Source of the DNA: Oscillospiraceae bacterium
GTDB lineage: Bacteria; Bacillota; Clostridia; Oscillospirales; Oscillospiraceae
DNA length: 64,000 nt
Direction of reading: 5' to 3'
NCBI GenBank assembly: GCA_017439425.1
Contig: JAFSJE010000008.1
Location: 1,069-65,068 of the forward strand
Shown here: positions 25,439 to 34,225 of the stretch, piece after piece
How the letters are laid out: every line of letters begins with the position of its first letter
Position numbering within the stretch: position 1 is the stretch's first letter
The notes under the pieces: model-generated
What the model was told of the DNA's origin: nothing
What the model saw: only the letters and a program-made list of their open reading frames with translations
The model's database searches: none
Program-made: the position numbers and the translations under genes

Positions 25439-26380
25439 ATGAAAAAATCCTTACCGCCAAACGCCTCAGGAGGTAAGAGCTCCGCGCTGCACAACTTCGG
25501 AGTCTATGTGCGGCAGCACTGGCAGCTGTATGTGATCTTCATGCTGCCCGCGTTCGCGCTGACTATCATCTTCCGTTACATCCCGATGGGCGGAATCTTG
25601 ATGGCCTTCACGGAGTACAATCCTATCCGAGGCATTCTGGGAAGTGAATGGGTCGGCTTTGAGCACTTCCAGCGCTTCCTTTCCTCACCCGACTTCATGA
25701 CCTATCTCATGAACACCCTCAAGCTTAGTATCTTCGGCCTTCTGTGGGGCTTCCCGGCGCCTATTCTTCTGGCGTTCCTGCTCAACAGAATCATGTCGAA
25801 GAAGACGAAGCAGCGCATCCAGCTTGTGCTTTATATGCCGAACTTCATTTCGGTCATAGTTCTCTGCGGTATCGTCCGTATTCTTCTCTCGCCCACCGGA
25901 ATGCTCAATTCCCTTCTGGGCACGAACACGAACTTTATGACGATGCCCTCCGCCTTCCGCACGATCTACATCGCATCCGGAATCTGGCAGGGAGCCGGCT
26001 GGGCGTCCATCATCTACACCGCCGCCCTCTCCAACGCCTCCAAGGAGCTGACTGAGGCCGCCGTTATCGACGGCGCCAACATCTTCCAGCAGATCAAGGC
26101 AGTTGAATGGCCCGCCATCAAGGATACCGTCCTCATCCAGTTCATCATGAGCGTCGGTAACATCATGAGCGTCGGCTTTGAGAAGGCATACGCGCTCCAG
26201 ACCGACATGAACCTCGCAACGAGCGAAATCATTTCCACCTACGTCTACAAAAAGGGTCTTCTTGAAGGCGACTATGGCTTCTCCACCGCCGTCGGACTCT
26301 TCAACACCGTCATCAACGTCGTTCTTCTTATCTCGATGAACCAGATCGTCAAGAAGATGAACGAGGGCAAGGGAATCTGA
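25439..26380 (+). CDS. carbohydrate ABC transporter permease (LplB/YtcP-like)
   Basis: 313 aa, GGAGG RBS, six TM segments, and an EAA-type loop (ELTEAAVIDGAN). Confidence 0.85.
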   Translation: MKKSLPPNASGGKSSALHNFGVYVRQHWQLYVIFMLPAFALTIIFRYIPMGGILMAFTEYNPIRGILGSEWVGFEHFQRFLSSPDFMTYLMNTLKLSIFGLLWGFPAPILLAFLLNRIMSKKTKQRIQLVLYMPNFISVIVLCGIVRILLSPTGMLNSLLGTNTNFMTMPSAFRTIYIASGIWQGAGWASIIYTAALSNASKELTEAAVIDGANIFQQIKAVEWPAIKDTVLIQFIMSVGNIMSVGFEKAYALQTDMNLATSEIISTYVYKKGLLEGDYGFSTAVGLFNTVINVVLLISMNQIVKKMNEGKGI

Positions 26381-26396
26381 GGGGAGGAGAGAAGCT

Positions 26397-27305
26397 ATGA
26401 CAAAAAGAAAGAAAAAGAGCGAGTTTCAGAAGCTCCCCACCGGCGACAAGGCTCTGCTTATAGTCGGCTACATAATCCTCGGCCTGTTCGTTGTTGCGAT
26501 CATCATGCCGATGGTCTACATCATTCTCGCCTCCTTCATCGACCCCATCACGCTTCAGAACAGCGGTCTCACCTTCGACTTCAGCAAGTGGACCACTACC
26601 GCCTACGAGCGTGTTCTTGAGAACGCACAGATCTGGGTCGGCTTCAAAAACGCCCTTATCTACTCCGTTCTCTTCACAGTCCTCTCCGTCATCGTGACCC
26701 TGCTCGCCGCCTATCCTATGAGCCGCGCGGACTTCAAGGGCAAGGGCTTCTTCAACACAATCTTCGTTATCACGATGTTCTTCGGCGGCGGACTTATCCC
26801 CACCTATCTTCTTATCTCCAACCTCCACATGCTCGACACCATCTGGGCGATCCTTCTCCCCGGATGCTTCAGCGTATGGAACATGATCATCGCCCGCACC
26901 TACTACCTCGGCATCCCGCGCGACCTTCAGGAAGCCGCCGAGATCGACGGTGCGACCGAGATGACCTACTTCTTCCAGATCCTTGTTCCGGTCTGCACCC
27001 CGATCATCGCCACCATCTCGATGTGGCAGTTCGTCGGAATGTGGAACAGCTACTTCGACGCCATGATCTACCTCAATGACGCCGCGAAGCAGCCCCTCCA
27101 GCTCGTTCTCCGCTCAATACTCATTCAGAACCAGCCGGATCCCGGCATGGTAAGCGATATGCAGAGCACCGCCCAGAGAGCACAGATGGCGGAGCTTCTC
27201 AAATACGCGACCATCATCATCTCCAGCCTTCCGCTGCTTATCATGTATCCGTTCTTCCAGAAGTACTTTGATAACGGAATCATGGCAGGCGCCGTCAAGG
27301 GCTGA
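26397..27305 (+). CDS. carbohydrate ABC transporter permease (LplC-like)
   Basis: 302 aa with the EAA loop DLQEAAEIDGATEM. Confidence 0.85.
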   Translation: MTKRKKKSEFQKLPTGDKALLIVGYIILGLFVVAIIMPMVYIILASFIDPITLQNSGLTFDFSKWTTTAYERVLENAQIWVGFKNALIYSVLFTVLSVIVTLLAAYPMSRADFKGKGFFNTIFVITMFFGGGLIPTYLLISNLHMLDTIWAILLPGCFSVWNMIIARTYYLGIPRDLQEAAEIDGATEMTYFFQILVPVCTPIIATISMWQFVGMWNSYFDAMIYLNDAAKQPLQLVLRSILIQNQPDPGMVSDMQSTAQRAQMAELLKYATIIISSLPLLIMYPFFQKYFDNGIMAGAVKG

Positions 27306-27325
27306 TCTATAAAAAAGGAGAAATC

Positions 27326-29023
27326 TTGAAAATGAAAAAGTTCCAGAAAGTTATGAGCGTTGTCCTCGCAGTTGCGATGCTCGCTGTTATGCTCGCAGCC
27401 TGCGGCGGCAGCAATACCGACACCCCCGATCATTCCCAGGCTCTCGACGTCGACCCCGCTTCCCTCGCATTCCCTCTCGCTGAGAAGGCTGAGATCTCCG
27501 GTCTGACCAACTTCCCCGTCGGCACCGAGTCCGAGCCGAACAACCGCACCATCTTCAAGCGCCTTGAGGAAAAGACCAACGTCCACGTCAACTGGAAGAC
27601 CATTCAGGGCGACCAGTGGGGCGACAAGATAAGCCTCGAGATGGCTAACCTCAAGACTCTCCCTGAGTTCGTTTTCAGCGCCGGCTTCTCCGACACCGAC
27701 CTTCTCAAGTATGCAAAGCAGGGCGTTATCATCAATGTCGAGGAGTACATCGACAAGTACATGCCCAACCTTATGAAGGTCTTTGAGCAGGCTCCCGAGT
27801 ACCGCACCATGTGCACCGACGAGAACGGCCACATCTGGGCTCTTCCCTGGATTGAGCAGCTCGGCAGCGAGAAGACCGCTATCCAGACCGTCGGCAATAT
27901 GCCCTTCATCAACGTAGCATGGCTCGATTACCTCGGCCTCAAGATGCCCACCACCGTCGATGAGTTCGAGCAGGTTCTCATCGCCTTCCGCGACAACGCC
28001 GCCGACCTCAAGAGCCACTTCGGCATTGACGGCGACATCATCCCCATGAGCTGCATCATCAACGGCGGCAACGAGGACTGCACCATCCTCACCAACGGCT
28101 TCGGCGAGGGCTACGGCGATCCTGATAACGGCCGCAAGATCGTAGTTACCGACGACCTCAAGGTCATCTGCCCCGCCACCACCGAGGGCTGGCGCAAGGG
28201 TATCGAGTGGCTCCACAAGCTCTATGCTGAGGATCTCATCGATAAGGAAGCCTTCACTCAGGAGTGGTCCACCTACGTCGCCAAGGGTAAGTCCGGCCGC
28301 TACGGCGTCTGCTTCTCTTGGGACGTTGCGAACATCGCCGCCATCTCCATGGACGACCTCATCGCCGGCAACGGCTGGCAGCCGCTTCCCGCTCTTACCG
28401 CTGACACCCGCAACATCACCCCGGCTAACGGCTCCTTCACCTCCGGCTTCGACCGCGGCCGCTGCGTAGTTACCATCAACGCGAAGAACCCCGCTCTCGT
28501 ATGCGCTTGGCTCGACCAGATGTATGACCCGATGCAGTCTCCTCAGAACAACTGGGGCACCTACGGCGAGGATGACGATTTCGACATCTTCGAGATGGGC
28601 ACCAACGACGCCGGCGAGCCGATGCTCAAGCACGCTTGGCTTGGCGACGCCTCCCCTGTCGAAGTCCGTGAAGCTGAGTGCGTTGGCGGCCCGCTCGCCA
28701 TCCTCGACTCCTACTACGGCAAGTACGTCACCTGCCCGGATGACGCTCAGTATCGTCTTGACTGGATCAAGGACGTCTACACCCCCGATATGAACACCAA
28801 GTACGTTTTCCCGAACGTATTTATGACCTCTGACGACACCAAGCAGATCGCAAACCTCAACCCGGATATCTACAAGTGCGTCAACGCCGCAAAGGCTGAC
28901 TGGATCATGAACGGCTTTACCGACGCCGATTGGGATAAGCTCCAGTCCGACCTCCAGGCTTACAAGCTCAACGATTACCTCGCAATCTTCCAGAAGTACC
29001 TCGACGCCTTCTACGGCAAATAA
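27326..29023 (+). CDS. extracellular solute-binding lipoprotein (large LplA-like family)
   Basis: Lipobox LAACGG. The ~560-aa size is typical of LplA-type binding proteins. The start is either TTG at 27326 or ATG at 27332. Confidence 0.8.
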   Translation: MKMKKFQKVMSVVLAVAMLAVMLAACGGSNTDTPDHSQALDVDPASLAFPLAEKAEISGLTNFPVGTESEPNNRTIFKRLEEKTNVHVNWKTIQGDQWGDKISLEMANLKTLPEFVFSAGFSDTDLLKYAKQGVIINVEEYIDKYMPNLMKVFEQAPEYRTMCTDENGHIWALPWIEQLGSEKTAIQTVGNMPFINVAWLDYLGLKMPTTVDEFEQVLIAFRDNAADLKSHFGIDGDIIPMSCIINGGNEDCTILTNGFGEGYGDPDNGRKIVVTDDLKVICPATTEGWRKGIEWLHKLYAEDLIDKEAFTQEWSTYVAKGKSGRYGVCFSWDVANIAAISMDDLIAGNGWQPLPALTADTRNITPANGSFTSGFDRGRCVVTINAKNPALVCAWLDQMYDPMQSPQNNWGTYGEDDDFDIFEMGTNDAGEPMLKHAWLGDASPVEVREAECVGGPLAILDSYYGKYVTCPDDAQYRLDWIKDVYTPDMNTKYVFPNVFMTSDDTKQIANLNPDIYKCVNAAKADWIMNGFTDADWDKLQSDLQAYKLNDYLAIFQKYLDAFYGK

Positions 29024-29053
29024 GCTTAAACCTTTTTGGAAGGAGTTACTTAA

Positions 29054-30235
29054 ATGGCAGAAGTTCAACTTAAAAATATAAAGAAGGTATATCCCTTCAT
29101 CTCCGGCGAGGACAAGAAAAAGTCCAGGAAAAAGGCGGATGAGCCCGAGAAGAAGAAGGCGAATCTTCAGATCACCGATGAGGGCGTTGTAGCCGTTCAG
29201 GCGTTCAACCTCGACATCAAGGATAAGGAGTTTATCGTTCTCGTCGGCCCCTCCGGCTGCGGCAAGTCCACCACTCTCCGCATGGTCGCGGGACTTGAGG
29301 AGATCTCGGACGGCGAGCTCATCATCGACGGCAAGGTCATGAACGACGTTGCCCCGAAGGACAGAGATATCGCGATGGTCTTCCAGAACTACGCTCTCTA
29401 TCCTCACATGACAGTTTATGAGAACATGGCGTTCTCTCTGAAGCTCCGCAAGGTGCCGAAGGATGAGATCGACAGAAAGGTTCGTGAGGCTGCCGAGATC
29501 CTCGACATCACCCAGTACCTCGACCGTAAGCCGAAGGCTCTCTCCGGCGGTCAGCGTCAGCGCGTCGCCATCGGCCGCGCCATCGTCCGCGCACCGAAGG
29601 TAATGCTCATGGATGAGCCGCTCTCCAACCTCGACGCCAAGCTCCGCAACGAGATGCGCGCTGAGATCATCAAGCTCCGCCACCGCATCAACACCACGTT
29701 CATGTACGTCACGCACGACCAAACCGAGGCTATGACCCTCGGCGACCGCATCGTCATCATGCGCGACGGCTACATTCAGCAGATCGGCACTCCTCAGGAG
29801 GTGTTCAATCACCCCTCCAACCTCTTCGTTGCAGGCTTCATCGGAATGCCCGTAATGAACTTCTTTGACGGCAAGCTCACCCGCGACGGCGACAAGTTCT
29901 TTGTTGAAGTCGGCGGCTACAAGGTAGAGCTCGCAAAGGAGAAGGAAGAGCGCCTTCTCAAGAACAACGTACAGAGCCAGCCCGTGACCCTCGGCGTCCG
30001 TCCCGAGCACACCGACGTCAGTGAGACCGGCGTTGCCGGCAAGGTCGACGTTGCCGAAATGATGGGCTCCTCCGTCCACCTCCACATCTCCGCAGAGGGC
30101 CGCGACGTCATCATCATCGTCCCGACCATCGACATGAAGAAGAACTACGCTCTCGGCGATCCGATCCACTTCACCTTCGGCGGCAACGTAGCTCACGTCT
30201 TCTCCAAGGAAACCGACAAGAACCTCGAGTTCTGA
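29054..30235 (+). CDS. sugar ABC transporter ATP-binding protein (MsmK/MalK/UgpC-like)
   Basis: Walker A GPSGCGKST, signature LSGGQRQR, Walker B VMLMDEPLS and a C-terminal TOBE-like regulatory domain. There is a K-rich insertion near residue 16. Confidence 0.9.
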   Translation: MAEVQLKNIKKVYPFISGEDKKKSRKKADEPEKKKANLQITDEGVVAVQAFNLDIKDKEFIVLVGPSGCGKSTTLRMVAGLEEISDGELIIDGKVMNDVAPKDRDIAMVFQNYALYPHMTVYENMAFSLKLRKVPKDEIDRKVREAAEILDITQYLDRKPKALSGGQRQRVAIGRAIVRAPKVMLMDEPLSNLDAKLRNEMRAEIIKLRHRINTTFMYVTHDQTEAMTLGDRIVIMRDGYIQQIGTPQEVFNHPSNLFVAGFIGMPVMNFFDGKLTRDGDKFFVEVGGYKVELAKEKEERLLKNNVQSQPVTLGVRPEHTDVSETGVAGKVDVAEMMGSSVHLHISAEGRDVIIIVPTIDMKKNYALGDPIHFTFGGNVAHVFSKETDKNLEF

Positions 30236-30258
30236 TTCCGTATCTCTTCCTTTTCAAA

Positions 30259-30291
30259 CCCCCTGCACAGACGCCATACCTGTGCAGGGGG
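30259..30291 (+). terminator. 12-bp perfect stem-loop after the ABC ATPase gene (no clear U-tract)
   Basis: CCCCCTGCACAG/CTGTGCAGGGGG with a 9-nt loop. The downstream sequence is not T-rich. Confidence 0.45.
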
Positions 30292-30317
30292 CACACTAAT
30301 AAATTACACAAAACAGC

Positions 30318-30346
30318 TTTACATTTGCACAATTGTCTGTTACTAT
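30318..30346 (+). promoter_or_regulatory. sigma-70-type promoter for the GH32 gene with embedded operator-like motif
   Basis: TTTACA (30318-30323), 17-nt spacer, TACTAT (30341-30346). The spacer starts with TTTGCACAAT and, with the -35, reads TTTACA-TT-TGCACA. Confidence 0.55.
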
Positions 30347-30423
30347 ATTTGGCAAGTGTTCCAAAGGGCGTAAAGTTTTGCGCCTTTTGCAATACCCGCC
30401 AATGCGACCAACGGAGGATCATC

Positions 30424-31908
30424 ATGAAAGACACTCTTCAAAAGGCGAGAGCCTTTGAGCGAAAATATCTGCCCGCCCTTCTCGGCTCCGAGCTTCAGCC
30501 TCGCTTCCACCTCACCGGCGGAGTCGGCTGGATAAACGACCCCAACGGCTTCTCCCTCTACAAGGGCGAATACCACCTCTTTTTCCAGTACTACCCCTAC
30601 GATATAAACTGGGGTCCGATGCACTGGGGTCACGTCAAGACCCGCGATTTCATCCACTGGGATCGCCTGCCCTGCGCCCTCGCGCCCGACGCGCCCTACG
30701 ATAAAAACGGCTGCTTCTCCGGAGGCGCCATCGAGCTGCCCGACGGCCGCCATCTTCTGATGTACACGGGCGTGCGCAACGTCCGCCGCTCCAATGGCCT
30801 CGTTGCCGGCTTCCAGACCCAGTGTCTCGCGGTGGGCGACGGCGAGAACTACGAAAAGCTCCCCTCAAATCCCGTTCTCGACGCGAAGGATCTGCCCGAG
30901 GGCGGCTCCGCCATCGACTTCCGCGACCCGAAGATCTGGTTTGAGGACGGCAAATACTGGTGCGTAGTGGGCAACCGCCCGGCTGACGGCTCCGGCTCGA
31001 TTCTCCTCTTCGAGAGCGACGACGCGTTTACATGGCGCTACGCCTCCACCCTCGCCTCCTGCCACAATCAGTTCGGCAAGATGTGGGAGTGCCCCGATTT
31101 CTTCGAGCTCGACGGCAAGCGCGTTCTGCTCACGAGCCCGCAGGATATGACGAGCATGGGCCTCGAGTTCCACCCCGGCAACTCCACCCTCTGCATAATC
31201 GGAGAATATGACCGCGAGGCAAAGCACCTCCTGCGCGACAACATTCAGGCTATAGACTACGGCACCGACTTCTACGCTACGCAGACAGTCCTCACGCCGG
31301 ACGGAAGAAGAGTCATGATCGCGTGGATGCAGAACTGGGAGACCGCGGGCAGCAAGCTCAAGGAGCTGCCGTTCTTCGGTCAGATGACCCTTCCGCGCGA
31401 GCTGCACGTCCGCAACGGCAGGCTTATTCAGAACCCGGTGCGCGAGCTTGAGGCTTGCCGCCGTCTGAAGATCAGCTACAAGGACGTAATGATCACGCAG
31501 GAGACGAATCTCCAGGGCGTGAGCGGCCGCTTCCTCGATATGACGGTCAAGGTCAGGCCCGGCAACAAGAACAGCATGTACCGCTATTTCCGCATAAATC
31601 TTGCAAAGGACGGCGAGTGCGTCACAACGATACGCCACAAGCCCGAGAACAACACCCTGCGCGTAGACCGCAGCCGTTCCGGCTTCCCGCACGATATCAT
31701 CACGAGCCGTGATTTCCCGGTCAGCGCCTACGATGAGCTGAAGCTCAGGATCGTTATGGACAGATACAGCCTCGAGGTGTTCGTAAACGACGGCGAGCAG
31801 GCGGCAAGCTTCGTTATCTACACGCCGGTCTCCGCCGATTCCATCTCCTTCTCCTGCGACGGCGCCGCAATAATCGACGTTGAGAAATATGAGCTCGAAA
31901 CCGAGTAA
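30424..31908 (+). CDS. GH32 beta-fructofuranosidase / sucrose-6-phosphate hydrolase (cytoplasmic)
   Basis: Starts at MKDTLQKA (ATG at 30424 after GGAGGA). GH32 catalytic motifs are WINDPNG, FRDPK and WECPDFF. No signal peptide. Confidence 0.9.
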   Translation: MKDTLQKARAFERKYLPALLGSELQPRFHLTGGVGWINDPNGFSLYKGEYHLFFQYYPYDINWGPMHWGHVKTRDFIHWDRLPCALAPDAPYDKNGCFSGGAIELPDGRHLLMYTGVRNVRRSNGLVAGFQTQCLAVGDGENYEKLPSNPVLDAKDLPEGGSAIDFRDPKIWFEDGKYWCVVGNRPADGSGSILLFESDDAFTWRYASTLASCHNQFGKMWECPDFFELDGKRVLLTSPQDMTSMGLEFHPGNSTLCIIGEYDREAKHLLRDNIQAIDYGTDFYATQTVLTPDGRRVMIAWMQNWETAGSKLKELPFFGQMTLPRELHVRNGRLIQNPVRELEACRRLKISYKDVMITQETNLQGVSGRFLDMTVKVRPGNKNSMYRYFRINLAKDGECVTTIRHKPENNTLRVDRSRSGFPHDIITSRDFPVSAYDELKLRIVMDRYSLEVFVNDGEQAASFVIYTPVSADSISFSCDGAAIIDVEKYELETE

Positions 31909-31918
31909 TTAAACAGCA

Positions 31919-31955
31919 CAAGGGCGGGTCGCCGTGACCTGCCCTTGTTCTTTAT
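31919..31955 (+). terminator. intrinsic terminator after the GH32 gene
   Basis: CAAGGGCGGGTC/GACCTGCCCTTG forms a 12-bp stem (one G-U) with loop GCCGT, followed by TTCTTTAT. Confidence 0.75.
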
Positions 31956-31962
31956 ATTACCT

Positions 31963-32166
31963 CCGCAAAGCACGGTGAAGCATGTAGGAGCAGGCACCGA
32001 AAGTTATTTCCGCAGTAAGCGGCTAAGCGAATTCGGCGCTTCGCGTATCAGACAAAGGACACCGCGCAAAACGATGCGCCAAGTCTTAGTGCCACCGCCA
32101 AGAGCTTTTATCTCTCTCTTGGTTCCGTTCTCTCTCTTTTTCTCGAAAAAGAGAGAGAACGAACAG
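31963..32166 (-). repeat. copy A of a roughly 210-nt structured intergenic repeat (reverse orientation relative to copy B)
   Basis: The reverse complement aligns by eye with 51853-52068. The 5' third is near-identical (TTCTCTCTCTTT..AAAGAGAGAGAACGGAACCAAGAGAGAGATAA) and the overall match is roughly three quarters. Confidence 0.8.
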
Positions 32167-32191
32167 AAACGGGCGGGGTATTTCCCCGCCC
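32160..32191 (-). terminator. GC-rich stem-loop after the MATE gene
   Basis: GGGCGGGG/CCCCGCCC perfect 8-bp stem with a 5-nt loop, followed on the minus strand by GTTTCTGTT. Confidence 0.6.
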
Positions 32192-32199
32192 AAATTTCG

Positions 32200-33597
32200 C
32201 TATTCAGCCGAGTCCGTTACCCTCAGCATCCTCTTCTCCCAGCCGGAGCAGAAATAATACACCGCCATGAGCGCGGAGCATATGCCCCAGCCGATCGGAT
32301 AGCCCACGCCGATGAAAATCGGGTCGGTGGTCATCCGGCTCACTATCGCAAGGTATATCTGTCGGATCACAATAAAGCTCATTATCTGAATGACAGTCGG
32401 TATCTTCGTATCGCCCACGCCGCGCAAAGCGCCGGAGAGCACGCTGTTGCCGACGAGCAGCAGGTTCAGCGGCGAGATCACCCGCAGGAAAATCACGCCG
32501 TAATTGATCGTCTCCGCGGCGACGGCGGCGTCCGCGCCGTCTGTTTCTACAAACAGTCCGATGAGCGGCTCTGCGAATATCTCAAGCGCGAGCGCGACAA
32601 GTCCGACTGCGGCAACTGTGAGAATAAACGCGACGAGCGTACCCTTTTTCGCTCTCTCGCGGTTGCCCGCGCCGATGTTCTGCCCGACAAAGGTCGTGGT
32701 CGCAAGGCTCAGCGCCTGCTGCGGCACGGCGGTGAATGCGTCGATGCGCGTGTACGCGCCCCACCCCGCCATACACGCGGTCTGGAACGAGTTTATGTAA
32801 CTCTGCACAAAGGTGTTCGAGAACGAAACGAGCATTTGCTGAATGCTCGACGGCAGTCCGATCTGCACAATCCTTCGGAGCATCGGGAGGTAGATTCGCA
32901 TTTTAAGCGGCTCGAGGCGGTAGCTCTCGTCGCTCGTCATCAGCGTCCAGACCACCAAAATCGCGCTCACAAGCTCCGCGATGACAGTCGCCCAGCCGAC
33001 TCCGGCAACGCCCCATCTGAGGTACTTCACAAACCAAACGTCGAGCACAACGTTGACGGCAGCCGAGGCGACAAGGAAGTACAGCGGTCTCTTCGCGTCG
33101 CCGACGGCGTTCAGGATTCCGGTGCCGAGGTTGTAGACGAGCAGTCCGATGCTGCCCGCGAAGTAAATCCGCAGATACTCCGTCGCCTCCGGGAAAACGT
33201 CGTCCGGCGTGTTCGTAAGGCGCAGCATCGCGGGCGCGAAGAAATAACCGAGAACAGTGAACGCCACGCCGAAGGCGAGCGCAAGCACCATCGCCGTATG
33301 CACCGCCTCGTGAACTCTTCTGTCCTCTCTCGCGCCGAAGTGCTGACTTATGACAACGCCGGCACCGTTGGCAAGTCCCATAAACGCGCCGATGAGGGTG
33401 TAGCTTATGTTGCCCACACTGCCGACGGCGGCGAGCGCCGTCATCGAGGCGTATTTGCCGACCGTGATGGAGTCGACCATATTGTACGCCTGCTGGAATA
33501 TGTAGCCGACCATCAGCGGCAGTGAGAATGCGACAAGATGGGCGACGACTGAGCCCTCGGTCATTATCGTCGCCCGTTTTTTAACTGATTTTTCCAT
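32200..33597 (-). CDS. MATE family efflux transporter
   Basis: 465 aa, 12 TM segments, and the typical MATE N-terminus (..PLMVGYIFQQAYNMVDSITVGKY). Confidence 0.9.
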   Translation of the reverse strand: MEKSVKKRATIMTEGSVVAHLVAFSLPLMVGYIFQQAYNMVDSITVGKYASMTALAAVGSVGNISYTLIGAFMGLANGAGVVISQHFGAREDRRVHEAVHTAMVLALAFGVAFTVLGYFFAPAMLRLTNTPDDVFPEATEYLRIYFAGSIGLLVYNLGTGILNAVGDAKRPLYFLVASAAVNVVLDVWFVKYLRWGVAGVGWATVIAELVSAILVVWTLMTSDESYRLEPLKMRIYLPMLRRIVQIGLPSSIQQMLVSFSNTFVQSYINSFQTACMAGWGAYTRIDAFTAVPQQALSLATTTFVGQNIGAGNRERAKKGTLVAFILTVAAVGLVALALEIFAEPLIGLFVETDGADAAVAAETINYGVIFLRVISPLNLLLVGNSVLSGALRGVGDTKIPTVIQIMSFIVIRQIYLAIVSRMTTDPIFIGVGYPIGWGICSALMAVYYFCSGWEKRMLRVTDSAE

Positions 33598-33629
33598 TTT
33601 TCAGCCTTTCGGGATTGTTAAGTCATATA

Positions 33630-33658
33630 AATATATGCCCAAAGGCGCGGTTTGTCAA
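33630..33658 (-). promoter_or_regulatory. sigma-70-type promoter for the MATE gene
   Basis: On the minus strand: TTGACA (33658-33653), 17-nt spacer, TATATT (33635-33630). Confidence 0.6.
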
Positions 33659-33660
33659 GC

Positions 33661-34224
33661 TTAATTAAGTATATCCGACACGCTTCCGAGCAATTCTGAC
33701 AACGCCGACTGGTACGCTCTCTCCTCCTCGCGCACTGTCGCTCTCCACGCCGCAATCTCCTCGCCTTTCAGCTCCCTTGCGCCGAGAAAGGTTAGCGCGG
33801 AGGCGGCTTTTTCGCTCTTTATGACGACCTGCGTGTACTCGCCGCCGAGCATAAGCGCGCCGAGCGCTGTATTATCGTCGATGAGCCCGCTTGTGAGAAT
33901 GCCCCAGGTGTCGTAGATCGTGTCTGGCGCGATCGCGCCGATGATAACGTCGTACTCCGCGAGCGAATCGGGCGCAAAGCGGCGGTTATCGAAGATGTAT
34001 CTGAACCACTCCTCCCCGCGAGGAAGATGCTTCACTCGCAATCCGCTGATGTCGAGCTCGTAGGCGTTTAGATACGTCGTCATGCCGCGCCTCTCGCGCG
34101 CCCAGCGGCGCGAAAACTCCTCGCTGTCGGAGAGGTAAAAGCCCTGCCCAAAGTCCGCATTCGCCCTGCCTCGGCGAATGTCCGGCGCGGCGATAACGTC
34201 AAATCCGGTGTGATAAACTCTCAT
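33661..34224 (-). CDS. DUF3990 domain-containing protein
   Basis: 187 aa. The N-terminus MRVYHTGFDVIAAPDIRRGRANADFGQGFYLS is characteristic of DUF3990. Confidence 0.7.
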   Translation of the reverse strand: MRVYHTGFDVIAAPDIRRGRANADFGQGFYLSDSEEFSRRWARERRGMTTYLNAYELDISGLRVKHLPRGEEWFRYIFDNRRFAPDSLAEYDVIIGAIAPDTIYDTWGILTSGLIDDNTALGALMLGGEYTQVVIKSEKAASALTFLGARELKGEEIAAWRATVREEERAYQSALSELLGSVSDILN

Positions 34225-34225
34225 T

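Noticed and set aside
27125-30196. 1023-aa minus-strand ORF spanning the antisense of the ABC binding-protein and ATPase genes
   Set aside because: This is the same GC-bias artefact. It crosses two well-supported plus-strand genes and an intergenic region, and its composition is repetitive (V/A/G/D/L/E).
31945-33525. 526-aa plus-strand ORF starting in repeat copy A and running antisense to the MATE gene
   Set aside because: The translation is R/H/E-rich and low-complexity. The MATE transporter on the other strand is convincing, and the repeat portion is not kept in frame in copy B.
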